Shown here piece by piece: positions 9,490 through 18,725 of a stretch of DNA of 64,000 nt; positions within the stretch are counted from its first letter, which is position 1, and each line of letters starts with the position of its first letter. The translations under genes and the position numbers were made by a program. The stretch is from assembly GCA_949292795.1 (NCBI GenBank), contig CASFBR010000132.1, positions 21,875 through 85,874 of the forward strand, read 5' to 3'. Origin of the DNA: an uncultured Eubacteriales bacterium. GTDB taxonomy: Bacteria > Bacillota > Clostridia > Lachnospirales > Lachnospiraceae. The notes under the pieces were generated by a model. It was not told the origin of the DNA and did no database searches. It saw nothing but the letters and a program-made list of their open reading frames with translations.

Positions 9490-9518
9490 TTGAAAAAATA
9501 AGCCGGATCATTCATAAT
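9490..9518 (+). promoter_or_regulatory. Promoter of the LacI gene
   Basis: TTGAAA, 17 bp spacer, CATAAT. Confidence 0.55.
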
Positions 9519-9541
9519 AAGATCAATACGATAAAGGGGAA

Positions 9542-10567
9542 ATGACGATGAGCATTACTGCAAAAGAACTGGCAAAGAAGCTAAATATCTCTCCCGCTGC
9601 CGTCTCCATGGCGTTAAATCATAAACCCGGGGTCAGCACAGCCACCCGTCAAAAAATTCTGGACGCTGCCCAGAGATACGGCTATGATTTTACCCGGATT
9701 TCTCAGAAAATGACGGCTTCAGGAGCAGTTTATCTGATTATATATAAGAAGCATGGCGCCGTTGTGGCGGACACGCCCTTTTTTTCTCAGCTCTCTGAAG
9801 GAATCACGCTTGGATGCAAAAAAGAAAATTTTAACCTGAAGGTGAGTTACATCTATGAAAATGAAGAAAATGTAGAAAGACAGATTGAAGATTTGAGGAC
9901 GTCGGACTGCTGCGGTATCATCCTTCTTGGGACTGAGATGACCGCAGCCGACATCCGTCCTTTTTTAAAACTGGATATTCCGGTCGTCCTGCTGGATACC
10001 TACTTTGAGGAGCTGGCCTGTGACAGTATTCTGATTAACAATATTCAGGGCGCCTATATTGCCGCCAGCTATCTCATAAAAAAATGTCCCGGCCAGCCCG
10101 GCTACCTCCACTCCTCTTACCCGATCCAGAATTTTTCCCAGCGGGGGGATGGCTTTTACAATGCGATCAGGGCCGCGGGACTTCCGGTGTCAAAGTCTGT
10201 GGTTCATCGCCTGACCCCATCGGTGGAGGGCGCTTACGCGGATATGTGCGAAATTTTAAAAAGAGGGGAACGCCTGGCCTCATCCTACTTTGCCGACAAT
10301 GATCTGATTGCCGCCGGGGCAATAAAAGCTTTTAAAGCGTTTCATTACCGCATTCCCGAGGACATCTCCGTGACCGGCTTTGACGATCTTCCTATATCCG
10401 GCGTCATTGAACCGAACCTGACAACGATTAATGTGCCGAAAAAATATATGGGGGAAATGGCCGCCCAAAGGATCATCGCGCTCATTAAAAATCCTCATCA
10501 GCCTCCGGTCAAGACAGAAATTTCCACAACACTGATCAGACGTCGGAGCGTACGGACAAGAGCATAA
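9542..10567 (+). CDS. LacI-family transcriptional regulator, divergent from the sugar operon
   Basis: HTH ITAKELAKKLNISPAAVSMALN...GVS; FADNDLIAAG, PEDISVTGFDD, LTTI. Confidence 0.95.
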   Translation: MTMSITAKELAKKLNISPAAVSMALNHKPGVSTATRQKILDAAQRYGYDFTRISQKMTASGAVYLIIYKKHGAVVADTPFFSQLSEGITLGCKKENFNLKVSYIYENEENVERQIEDLRTSDCCGIILLGTEMTAADIRPFLKLDIPVVLLDTYFEELACDSILINNIQGAYIAASYLIKKCPGQPGYLHSSYPIQNFSQRGDGFYNAIRAAGLPVSKSVVHRLTPSVEGAYADMCEILKRGERLASSYFADNDLIAAGAIKAFKAFHYRIPEDISVTGFDDLPISGVIEPNLTTINVPKKYMGEMAAQRIIALIKNPHQPPVKTEISTTLIRRRSVRTRA

Positions 10568-10585
10568 CACACGATTACCGGCATT

Positions 10586-11029
10586 TTATTTCTGGATTTT
10601 CTTCACAAAGCAGACCGTCTCCTCTTTTTCAGAAAAGCCATTTTTCCTGTAAAAATGGAAGGCGGGCATACGGCGGTCTGTGAGTAAGAGGACATAGGAA
10701 ACACCCTGATCAGCCAGCCTTTGCGTGATTGCCTCCATAAATTCGGAACCGATTCCTTTTTGCTGAACCTGTGGATGGAGTCCAAATTCATCAATCCAGT
10801 ATTCCGTACCTTCATACCAGTGGATGATCCGTCCCAGCGCTATCCCTACAAGGCGTTCATCCTGAAAAAGTCCAAAAGCCAGCGCATCCGGGTGCCCGAT
10901 CAGCTGAGCCACATAAGCGTGAAGCTGTTCATCGGTCCAATGATCATTCCATGGTTCTCCGGAAAAAATGTCAACCATGAGTTTTTTTATCGCTTCTATT
11001 TGATCAATATGTAACATGCATATTTCCAT
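10586..11029 (-). CDS. GNAT-family N-acetyltransferase
   Basis: Motif A FGLHPQVQQKGIG; AFHFYRKNGF. Confidence 0.88.
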   Translation of the reverse strand: MEICMLHIDQIEAIKKLMVDIFSGEPWNDHWTDEQLHAYVAQLIGHPDALAFGLFQDERLVGIALGRIIHWYEGTEYWIDEFGLHPQVQQKGIGSEFMEAITQRLADQGVSYVLLLTDRRMPAFHFYRKNGFSEKEETVCFVKKIQK

Positions 11030-11198
11030 ACGTTATATCCTTCCTCTTATTTATAAAAATTATTTCTGCGGGCAAGGACCCCAAAGCGGACACGCCGGCA
11101 TGTCCATTTGGAGGCTGCCGCGAGGGCCTAATCCCCCCCCGATGCTTGCATCGCTGCTGGTTTTGATGTCCCGTATGCTTGCATCGGGGGCTTTGACT

Positions 11199-11741
11199 TT
11201 ATAAAGCGCTGCCTTTTTCCGGAATAAAAAAAGCGGTCATATCGACGTTTTCCAGCGTCAGCAGACGGACTTTTTTTTCAATCCCGCCGGCATATCCGGT
11301 CAGACTTCCATGAGCTCCCACAACGCGGTGGCAGGGAACGATGATCGATACAGGATTATGCCCCACAGCCTGCCCGACTGCCTGGGCCGACATATGGGAC
11401 AGGCCTCTGTTTTTTGCAAGCTGCGCCGCAATGGCACCATAGGTTGTCGTATGTCCATATGGAATTGTGCAGAGCATTTGCCATACTTCCTTTTGAAAAT
11501 CCGTCCCTATAAAGTGAAGGGGGATCGGGCAATGGGGGGCTTTTCCGGAAAAATAGATGTCCAGCCATTGCTTCGCCTTTTTTAAAACAGGAGTTTCTTT
11601 TTCTGCATGTTCTTCATGCCTGTCATTCATGTGGGATGCAAAATATTTCTGCCCCTCAAACCACAGACCCGTCAGTCCAATATCATCTGCGGCCAGAAAA
11701 ATCTGTCCTAAAGGTGAATAGTAACAGGTTGTATATTGCAT
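11199..11741 (-). CDS. ogt: Methylated-DNA-protein-cysteine methyltransferase (Ogt)
   Basis: GTDFQKEVW, AVGQA, PCHRV active site; GGAGG RBS upstream of ATG 11741. Confidence 0.93.
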   Translation of the reverse strand: MQYTTCYYSPLGQIFLAADDIGLTGLWFEGQKYFASHMNDRHEEHAEKETPVLKKAKQWLDIYFSGKAPHCPIPLHFIGTDFQKEVWQMLCTIPYGHTTTYGAIAAQLAKNRGLSHMSAQAVGQAVGHNPVSIIVPCHRVVGAHGSLTGYAGGIEKKVRLLTLENVDMTAFFIPEKGSAL

Positions 11742-11943
11742 ATAATCCCTCCAATTATTATCTATATTTATTTTGCTGTATTTGTTTTTCGCTTTGTGCA
11801 ATAATATATCTTTGTACAGCAAATATATCTTTCGTAATTAAACTATCTTTCACAATCGACATATTTGTAGACAATGCACATCTGCCGTTTATTACTATTG
11901 CCATTTTCTTTATAGATTTGAGGAACGGCTTCGTAATTTGCTG

Positions 11944-12023
11944 TCTATATTTTAGTATCTATATTTAGTATTTATATTTAGTGTTTATATTTAGTATTTA
12001 TATTTACTATCTATATTTGGCTA
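11944..12023. repeat. AT-rich tandem repeat, about 6 copies of a 13-bp unit
   Basis: Consensus T(C/T)TATATTTAGTA repeated head to tail with 1-3 differences per copy. Confidence 0.85.
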
Positions 12024-12220
12024 TTCATAGCTGCTATCTGTTTTATGCAATGAATGTCCGCAAACCGGTCTTTCAGAAAGCTGGCAAAAGCAGACAAAAA
12101 ACAGCAAAAAAAACAGTCGGAAAAACAGCCGGAAAAAACCGGCGCAGTCTACGCTGCGCCGGTCTCTGAACAATTTACCTGTCATCCGATACCTTCAAGC
12201 CGTTCTGGCCTTCGGATGTT

Positions 12221-12844
12221 CTACTCCGCCTGGGGCGCCGTAAAATCCGGCCATTTTCTGTGGACAATATCTACGATCAGGTCAACGGTACCGTCCACAC
12301 CAAAAAAGCTGCTGTCGATAGCCATTGTCTTACCATCGACTCCGCCCCACTTGCGGTCTGTATAGTACTGATAGTATGAGCGGCGGATTTTGTCCGTGCG
12401 GGCGATTTCTTTGCGGGCCGCTGCATCCGTTTCGATCAGATAACGCTCTTTGATGCGTTCGATGCGCTTCGGCAGCGGGGCAAAAATGTGTAGATGGAGA
12501 CAATTATCAAAATCTTCCAATACATAATCCGAGCATCTTCCGACAATGACGCACGATTCTTTTGACGCCAGGTCTTTGATGATTGCAGACTGGGTCCAGA
12601 ACAGACGGTCATTGACGGTACCGTAATCGGTTCCGGTCGGCAGGTACGCGCTGAAAAATGGATTGGATGCCTTTTCATCAGCCTGATAAAGTAAATCCGA
12701 ATTGATTCCGCTTTTCTGAGCGGCTATATCGATTAAATTTTTATCATAGAAGCTGATCCCCAATGCTTTGGCAATTTTCTGACCGATTTCCCGTCCGCCG
12801 CTGCCAAATTCACGGCTGATGGTAATAACGATATTTTTACTCAT
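12221..12844 (-). CDS. Cytidylate kinase-like family protein
   Basis: ITISREFGSGG, CVIVGRCSDY, ERIKER motifs. Confidence 0.85.
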   Translation of the reverse strand: MSKNIVITISREFGSGGREIGQKIAKALGISFYDKNLIDIAAQKSGINSDLLYQADEKASNPFFSAYLPTGTDYGTVNDRLFWTQSAIIKDLASKESCVIVGRCSDYVLEDFDNCLHLHIFAPLPKRIERIKERYLIETDAAARKEIARTDKIRRSYYQYYTDRKWGGVDGKTMAIDSSFFGVDGTVDLIVDIVHRKWPDFTAPQAE

Positions 12845-12917
12845 AAGAAAACCCCCTTTACAGTTATGATCTTACTATTATTATAGCACGATAGCTTTTA
12901 AAATGAAAGGGATATTA

Positions 12918-13424
12918 TCAGAAAATTATTAAATAAAAGCCGATAAGTCCAACAATTATACCAAACAGCAGTCCGCCGATCACATCCGATGGATAATGCA
13001 TTCCGGCACATACTCTCGATACGGCGACAATCACCGCCAGAAAAAGCATAATAGCGCCAGTCCACGGCCAATAGGCTAAAAATGCCATTGCGATCAGTGC
13101 AGCGCTGGCTGTATGGCGGCTCGGAAAGCTCTTTCCGGACTTGAGCTTTTTCTTAAAGCTGACCGGATAAAAATCAAGGGCTTCATACGGACGTTTTCTG
13201 GGAATCAGCGCCCGCAGCGCAGTGACCAGCACAAACCCGGCCAGAGGAACGCCGATGAAGCCCACAAGCATTTTGGGAGCTGTAAGCAGGAGCAGTACAC
13301 AAAATACAAGATAGACATTGGCCATAAGTGCCGGAAGAAACTGGCCTATAAAAAAAAGCAGCATAAAACGCCATCTGGTTTTTCTGAAAAATTCTGTGAT
13401 TTTTATATAAGTTTCTCGTTTCAT
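12918..13424 (-). CDS. PAP2-family membrane phosphatase
   Basis: RKRP, SFPSRH and SRVCAGMHYPSDV motifs; hydrophobic helices. Confidence 0.9.
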   Translation of the reverse strand: MKRETYIKITEFFRKTRWRFMLLFFIGQFLPALMANVYLVFCVLLLLTAPKMLVGFIGVPLAGFVLVTALRALIPRKRPYEALDFYPVSFKKKLKSGKSFPSRHTASAALIAMAFLAYWPWTGAIMLFLAVIVAVSRVCAGMHYPSDVIGGLLFGIIVGLIGFYLIIF

Positions 13425-14671
13425 CCGTTTTCAAAAATCCTCCCCTGACCATGGCATTGGGGGCACACCCTGCCAAGAAGCTCATACAGCGGCCGGCGCT
13501 CTTTTTTCCGGGTCAGCTCCACAAGGCCAAGCTTTGTGGAATCGACCAGCGTCGTCGGCACAGAATCTCTTGCCAGAAGCTGACGAAGCTCTTCCAGAAG
13601 CTGTCTGCGCATAGCCTTCTCCTGCATATCAATAAAATCAATGATGATGATTCCGGAAAGATTGCGCAGCCGAAGCTGACGGGCAATCTCGCGGGCGGCT
13701 TCCATATTGATCTTAAAATAAGTCTCCTGCGCCTGTTTTTTTCCGGTATAACGGCTGGTATTTACATCAATGACAACCATTGCTTCCGTCGGCTGGATAA
13801 TAAGCGAACCGCCGGATTTAAGCCAGACCCTGGGATTTAAGGCCCGCTCGATATGTGTTTCCAGGCTTTTAAGCTTGGAAAGGGGCCAGGCTTCATCCTG
13901 GTAATAAACGAAAGGAATACAAAGACCATGTGCCTCAAGCGCGCTGGCAAGCATGTCATAAGCCTCCGGGACATCGGTGGTGATTTTTTTTATGTCCGGA
14001 TGGCTTTGGATATATTTAAAATACGACGGCATTGCAGATTTAAGCTTTGTAAAGCATGTGGCATGGGAAGCCCGTTTCAGCAGAGCTTCATAAGCCCGGG
14101 CAAGCTTTTGCGCTTCACCGGCAATACACGCACTCTCCTGCCCCGCCGCCTGAGTGCGCACGATAAAACCATAATCCGTTGTAACCAGCGGCTCCACAAT
14201 CGCCTGAAGGCGCTGCCGTTCGGCTGTATCGGTAATCTTTGCGGAAATACCAACGGTACATTTTCGGGCGGTCAGTATCAGATACGCCCCCGGGAGTGTG
14301 AACCTTCCGGTAAGCATGGCCGGCTTTGTCTTAGACGGGTCTTTGATCACCTGAACTAAAAGCTCGTCGCCGGGAACAAGTGCAGGACTTTTTTTAGGAT
14401 TTAAAAAATAATGGCCTGTATTTTCAGTGAGCGAATAATAGCCGCACGGCTGCTGCCCGGGAGCAAAATCAATAAAAGCGGCATTAATATTTTTGACGAT
14501 ATTTTTAACCTTTCCCACATAAATATTCCCGAGAATCTGAGTATCTGGCTGGTCAAAAAAAAGCTCTGTCAGAATGTCATTTTCATAAACGGCCGTTAAA
14601 AGGCCCTTCCCCCGGCGTACGATCACAAGCTCCCGTAAGATGTCGCAGTCTTCCTGTGGTTTCATAGGCAT
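13421..14671 (-). CDS. rng: Ribonuclease E/G family protein
   Basis: S1 domain GNIYVGKVKN, VIDVN, QLRLRNLSGIIIIDFIDM, CxxC Zn link. Confidence 0.92.
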   Translation of the reverse strand: MPMKPQEDCDILRELVIVRRGKGLLTAVYENDILTELFFDQPDTQILGNIYVGKVKNIVKNINAAFIDFAPGQQPCGYYSLTENTGHYFLNPKKSPALVPGDELLVQVIKDPSKTKPAMLTGRFTLPGAYLILTARKCTVGISAKITDTAERQRLQAIVEPLVTTDYGFIVRTQAAGQESACIAGEAQKLARAYEALLKRASHATCFTKLKSAMPSYFKYIQSHPDIKKITTDVPEAYDMLASALEAHGLCIPFVYYQDEAWPLSKLKSLETHIERALNPRVWLKSGGSLIIQPTEAMVVIDVNTSRYTGKKQAQETYFKINMEAAREIARQLRLRNLSGIIIIDFIDMQEKAMRRQLLEELRQLLARDSVPTTLVDSTKLGLVELTRKKERRPLYELLGRVCPQCHGQGRIFENG

Positions 14672-15441
14672 CAGCCCTCTGCCCGGGCGGATGAAAGCTC
14701 CGGCGCTTCAGCAGAAAGTTCTTTTGCTCCGGCAGTACCGGAAAAAATCTCACGGCCCAGGTCATCCAGAGAAACAAGGGAGCCGTCAGCGGCTCTGGCA
14801 TACATTTCCAGGCGGCAGATATTAAGGGACATCAGATCAGGCTCATAGCCGGAAGCCCTCATAAACGTCTCCATCACCACCTCCGGCTTAAGATTATTAA
14901 CGCTGCCGGCACAAAGCTTTAAAAAGACTGCCGGACCGTCACATTTTGCCTCATAGATCAGCGGGCGGATGTCCACGGTTTTTATGCTCTTTTTCGTCTT
15001 TTTTTCCACAAGGATCTGTTCCATTTCCATAAACCCGGATAAACGCTCTGCCATGAGCGCATCGGGCAATGCAGGCGTTTTAAACGTAACGGCGTAATCT
15101 GCGGCCGCCAGAATCGACATGGCATTGGAATTTTTTGTCTCATCTTCAATAAGATGCCAGCTAATGATCTGAACGCCTTCTACCATCTCGCGGTTTAAAC
15201 GTTCGATCATGGCTTTGGAATCCCCGGTCGAATGAACGATAATGTCCATATATTCACCGGTGCTGGTCAGTCCCAGGCCGAGCGGCGAGGCAAAGGATAT
15301 GAGCTGATGCGGGGAAAAGCCCTGGGAATAGGCAATATCAATGCCGCTCCGGCGGAAGGCTTTTTGAAAATAGCGCATCATGTCCAGGTGGCCGATGAAT
15401 TTCATATGGCCTTCCTTTGTAAACTTAATCCTGATTTTCAT
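14671..15441 (-). CDS. Radical SAM-associated protein (TIGR03936/DUF2344)
   Basis: FIGHLD...FRR, YSQGFSPH, FASPLGLG, VDIRP; follows the radical SAM gene. Confidence 0.88.
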   Translation of the reverse strand: MKIRIKFTKEGHMKFIGHLDMMRYFQKAFRRSGIDIAYSQGFSPHQLISFASPLGLGLTSTGEYMDIIVHSTGDSKAMIERLNREMVEGVQIISWHLIEDETKNSNAMSILAAADYAVTFKTPALPDALMAERLSGFMEMEQILVEKKTKKSIKTVDIRPLIYEAKCDGPAVFLKLCAGSVNNLKPEVVMETFMRASGYEPDLMSLNICRLEMYARAADGSLVSLDDLGREIFSGTAGAKELSAEAPELSSARAEG

Positions 15442-17296
15442 AGCATACCCCTCCTTTGTAGATTTTGGAACCACATCCGCTGCAGTGCTGGCGGCAGTTC
15501 GGTGTCACCACCGCCTTTTGTGCCTGCTGCCACTCACGCCAGAGAAAATCCTTTGTAACACCGGCATCGATAAAATCCCATGGCAGAAGCTCATCGCATG
15601 AACGGACGCGCAGGTTATAAAAATCCGGATCGATCGCATTTGCCTTAAAGGCCTCCATCCACCAGTCATAGTGGAAGCTTTCCGACCAGGAATCGTACAG
15701 GCAGCCGCGGCGGTACGCGTCCAGCAGTACTGCGCCAAGACGGCGGTCACCGCGGGCAAGGATTCCCTCAAGCTGACTCGTCTGGGCGTCATGCCAGTTG
15801 TAGCGGATGCTCTTATGATTGATCTGCTCGCGGATTTTACCGTTTAAATACCGCTGCTTTTCAAGAAACTGTTCGTTTGTATTTTGCGCTGCCCACTGAA
15901 ACGGTGTAAAAGGCTTTGGCACAAAGAAAGATGTGCTTGTAATCACATCCACCCGCTTGCCTCCGGGCCGCTCCTCCTTCGGAATTGTATAGTAAAGCTT
16001 TGCAATTTCGTTGGACAAAACGGCGATGCCTTCAATATCTTCCGGCGTTTCTTCCGGCAGGCCAAGCATAAAATACAGCTTCACCCGGTTCCATCCACCC
16101 CGGAAAGCGTCCATGGCTCCGCCTAAAATATCTTCCTCAGTCAGCCCTTTATTGATCACGTTGCGCATCCGCTGCGTACCGGCTTCCGGAGCAAAGGTCA
16201 GGCTGCTTTTTTTGACATCCTGTACCTTGCTCATTACATCTAAGGAAAACGCGTCAATGCGCAGGGAGGGCAGGGAAATGTTGACCTTTTTCTGATCGCA
16301 CTTTTCAATCAGAAAAGTCACCAGCTCCTCCAGCCTGGAATAATCGCTGGAGCTTAAGGAGCTTAGGGTAATCTCTTCATGCCCGGTGGACGCAAGCATT
16401 TCCATGGCATATGTTTTCAGAAAATCCAGATCACGCTCCCGGTTCGGCCGATAAACCATGCCCGCCTGACAGAAACGGCAGCCCCGGATGCAGCCCCTCT
16501 GGATTTCTAAGACAACGCGGTCCTGAGTGACTTTAATAAAAGGAACGACCGGCTTTTTCGGATAATAGGTATGGCTTAAGTCTGTGACAACCTGTTTTTT
16601 AATCTGCTTTGCCGCGTTTGGATTATTGGGCGTAAAAGCAGCCAGCGTCTGGTCATCATTGTAGCGGACATCATAAAAGGCAGGGATATACAGCCCGGGA
16701 ATACGGGCAGCCTGCTCTAAAAATTCGCGGCGGCTTTTATGTTCACGGCGGCATGACTTGTAAGTGTCTAAAAGCTCATTGTAGACCGTCTCGCCCTCGC
16801 CGATATAAAAAATATCGAAAAAATCAGCCAGCGGCTCAGGATTATATGTGCACGGCCCGCCGCCGATAACGATGGGATCATCCCATGTGCGGTCACATGC
16901 CTTAAGGGGAATCTGAGCCAGATCGATCAGCTGTAAAATATTTGTGTAGCACATCTCGTACTGGATCGTGATCCCGAGAAAATCAAAATCTTTTATGGGG
17001 TCCTGGGATTCCAGGGCAAACAGCGGGATATGCTCCCGGCGCATGACCGCGTCTAAGTCCGTCCACGGGGAATAGACACGCTCGCACCATGTATCCTCGC
17101 GGAGATTGAGCATATCATAAATAATCTGGATGCCGAGATGGGACATGCCAATTTCATACACATCCGGAAATGCCATGGCAAAACGGATTTCAATCTCCGA
17201 GGCGTCCTTCATGACAGAGTTTACCTCGCCTCCAATATAGCGCGCAGGTTTATCCACCTTCAGTAAAATTTCATCGCTTAATGCAAGTTTTCTCAT
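15425..17296 (-). CDS. B12-binding-domain radical SAM protein (TIGR03960 type)
   Basis: KPARYIGGE, FPDVYEIGMSHLG, RGCIRGCRFC (CxxxCxxC), C-terminal CxxxCxxC. Confidence 0.9.
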   Translation of the reverse strand: MRKLALSDEILLKVDKPARYIGGEVNSVMKDASEIEIRFAMAFPDVYEIGMSHLGIQIIYDMLNLREDTWCERVYSPWTDLDAVMRREHIPLFALESQDPIKDFDFLGITIQYEMCYTNILQLIDLAQIPLKACDRTWDDPIVIGGGPCTYNPEPLADFFDIFYIGEGETVYNELLDTYKSCRREHKSRREFLEQAARIPGLYIPAFYDVRYNDDQTLAAFTPNNPNAAKQIKKQVVTDLSHTYYPKKPVVPFIKVTQDRVVLEIQRGCIRGCRFCQAGMVYRPNRERDLDFLKTYAMEMLASTGHEEITLSSLSSSDYSRLEELVTFLIEKCDQKKVNISLPSLRIDAFSLDVMSKVQDVKKSSLTFAPEAGTQRMRNVINKGLTEEDILGGAMDAFRGGWNRVKLYFMLGLPEETPEDIEGIAVLSNEIAKLYYTIPKEERPGGKRVDVITSTSFFVPKPFTPFQWAAQNTNEQFLEKQRYLNGKIREQINHKSIRYNWHDAQTSQLEGILARGDRRLGAVLLDAYRRGCLYDSWSESFHYDWWMEAFKANAIDPDFYNLRVRSCDELLPWDFIDAGVTKDFLWREWQQAQKAVVTPNCRQHCSGCGSKIYKGGVCYENQD

Positions 17297-17584
17297 TTTT
17301 TAACACCTTTATTTGCTTTAATACCAACAGAGTAACGGTATGGCCGTATATCGGGCCATAATCACATAAATTTTACTATATGCCCTTTGATATGTCAAAA
17401 CATTCTTTTCCTGTCAAAAACCGGTGTCTGACGGTGCTGCCGATGGGTATTATAGTTAATTCCTATACATGCAGCAAAAAATATTGGAATTTTTTATATT
17501 TTTTTTACACAAAAATATGTTATTTTTGCAAAATAAATTGTATAATATAGTCAACAGCATCAAAATGAAAGTGAGGGCTTATCT

Positions 17585-18724
17585 ATGAAGCAAAACAATA
17601 TGTTAGCAATGATTTTAGCTGGCGGCCGGGGCTCACGTCTCCATGAACTGACTAAAAAGGTTGCAAAGCCAGCCGTATATTATGGCGGCAAATACCGTAT
17701 CATTGATTTTCCGCTGAGTAACTGCGCTAACAGTGGTATCGATATTGTAGGAATCCTGACACAGTATGAATCTGTTTTGTTAAACAGCTATGCAGCAGCG
17801 GGAGGACGCTGGGGGCTGGATACAAGAGACAGTGGTGTGTTTGTACTTCCGCCCCGCGAGAAGGCAGAGGAGAACTTAAACGTATACCGCGGAACAGCTG
17901 ATGCTATTTCACAGAACATTGATTTTATTGATACTTATTCTCCGGAATATGTTCTTGTCCTCTCCGGCGACCATATTTATAAAATGAACTATGCAAAGAT
18001 GCTTGCGTTTCATAAGGAGCTGAAAGCGGATGCGACCATCGCCGTAATCGATGTACCAAAGAAGGAAGCCAGCCGCTTTGGCATTATGAATACCGATGAG
18101 GACGGACGTATCGTAGAGTTTGAAGAGAAACCGGAGCATCCAAAGAGCACGCTCGCTTCCATGGGTATTTACCTGTTTGACTGGAAGCTTCTGCGCCGGA
18201 TGCTTGTCGCTGATATGAAGGACGACAGCTCGAACCATGATTTTGGTAAGGATATTATTCCTAAGATGCTGGCCGATGGAAGAAAGCTTGTCGCCTACAA
18301 CTTCAAGGGTTATTGGAAAGATGTGGGAACGATCGATTCCCTGTGGGAAGCAAATATGGATCTTCTTGACAAAAATAATGAGCTTGATCTTGACGATCCT
18401 TCATGGAAAATCTATACAGAGGATTCCAATTCTCTGCCCCACTACATAGGACCAAACGCAAATATTAAAAATGCCTTTATTACTCAGGGCTGCATTATTG
18501 CCGGCGAGGTTAAAAACTCCGTTCTGTTTACCGATGTCAAGGTTGGCGAAGGCGCTAAGATCATTGACAGCGTTCTTATGCCGGGTGTTGAGGTTGAAGA
18601 AGGCGCAGTTGTCACAAGAGCGCTTGTGGCCGACGGCGTTAAGATCGGAAAGCAGGCCGTTGTGGGCAGTGCGGACAGCGAGCATATTGAGCTCGTTGCG
18701 AAACGTGTGAAGGGGGCAGAATGA
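17585..18724 (+). CDS. glgC: Glucose-1-phosphate adenylyltransferase
   Basis: [35 protein letters not shown]. Confidence 0.97.
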   Translation: MKQNNMLAMILAGGRGSRLHELTKKVAKPAVYYGGKYRIIDFPLSNCANSGIDIVGILTQYESVLLNSYAAAGGRWGLDTRDSGVFVLPPREKAEENLNVYRGTADAISQNIDFIDTYSPEYVLVLSGDHIYKMNYAKMLAFHKELKADATIAVIDVPKKEASRFGIMNTDEDGRIVEFEEKPEHPKSTLASMGIYLFDWKLLRRMLVADMKDDSSNHDFGKDIIPKMLADGRKLVAYNFKGYWKDVGTIDSLWEANMDLLDKNNELDLDDPSWKIYTEDSNSLPHYIGPNANIKNAFITQGCIIAGEVKNSVLFTDVKVGEGAKIIDSVLMPGVEVEEGAVVTRALVADGVKIGKQAVVGSADSEHIELVAKRVKGAE

Positions 18725-18725
18725 T

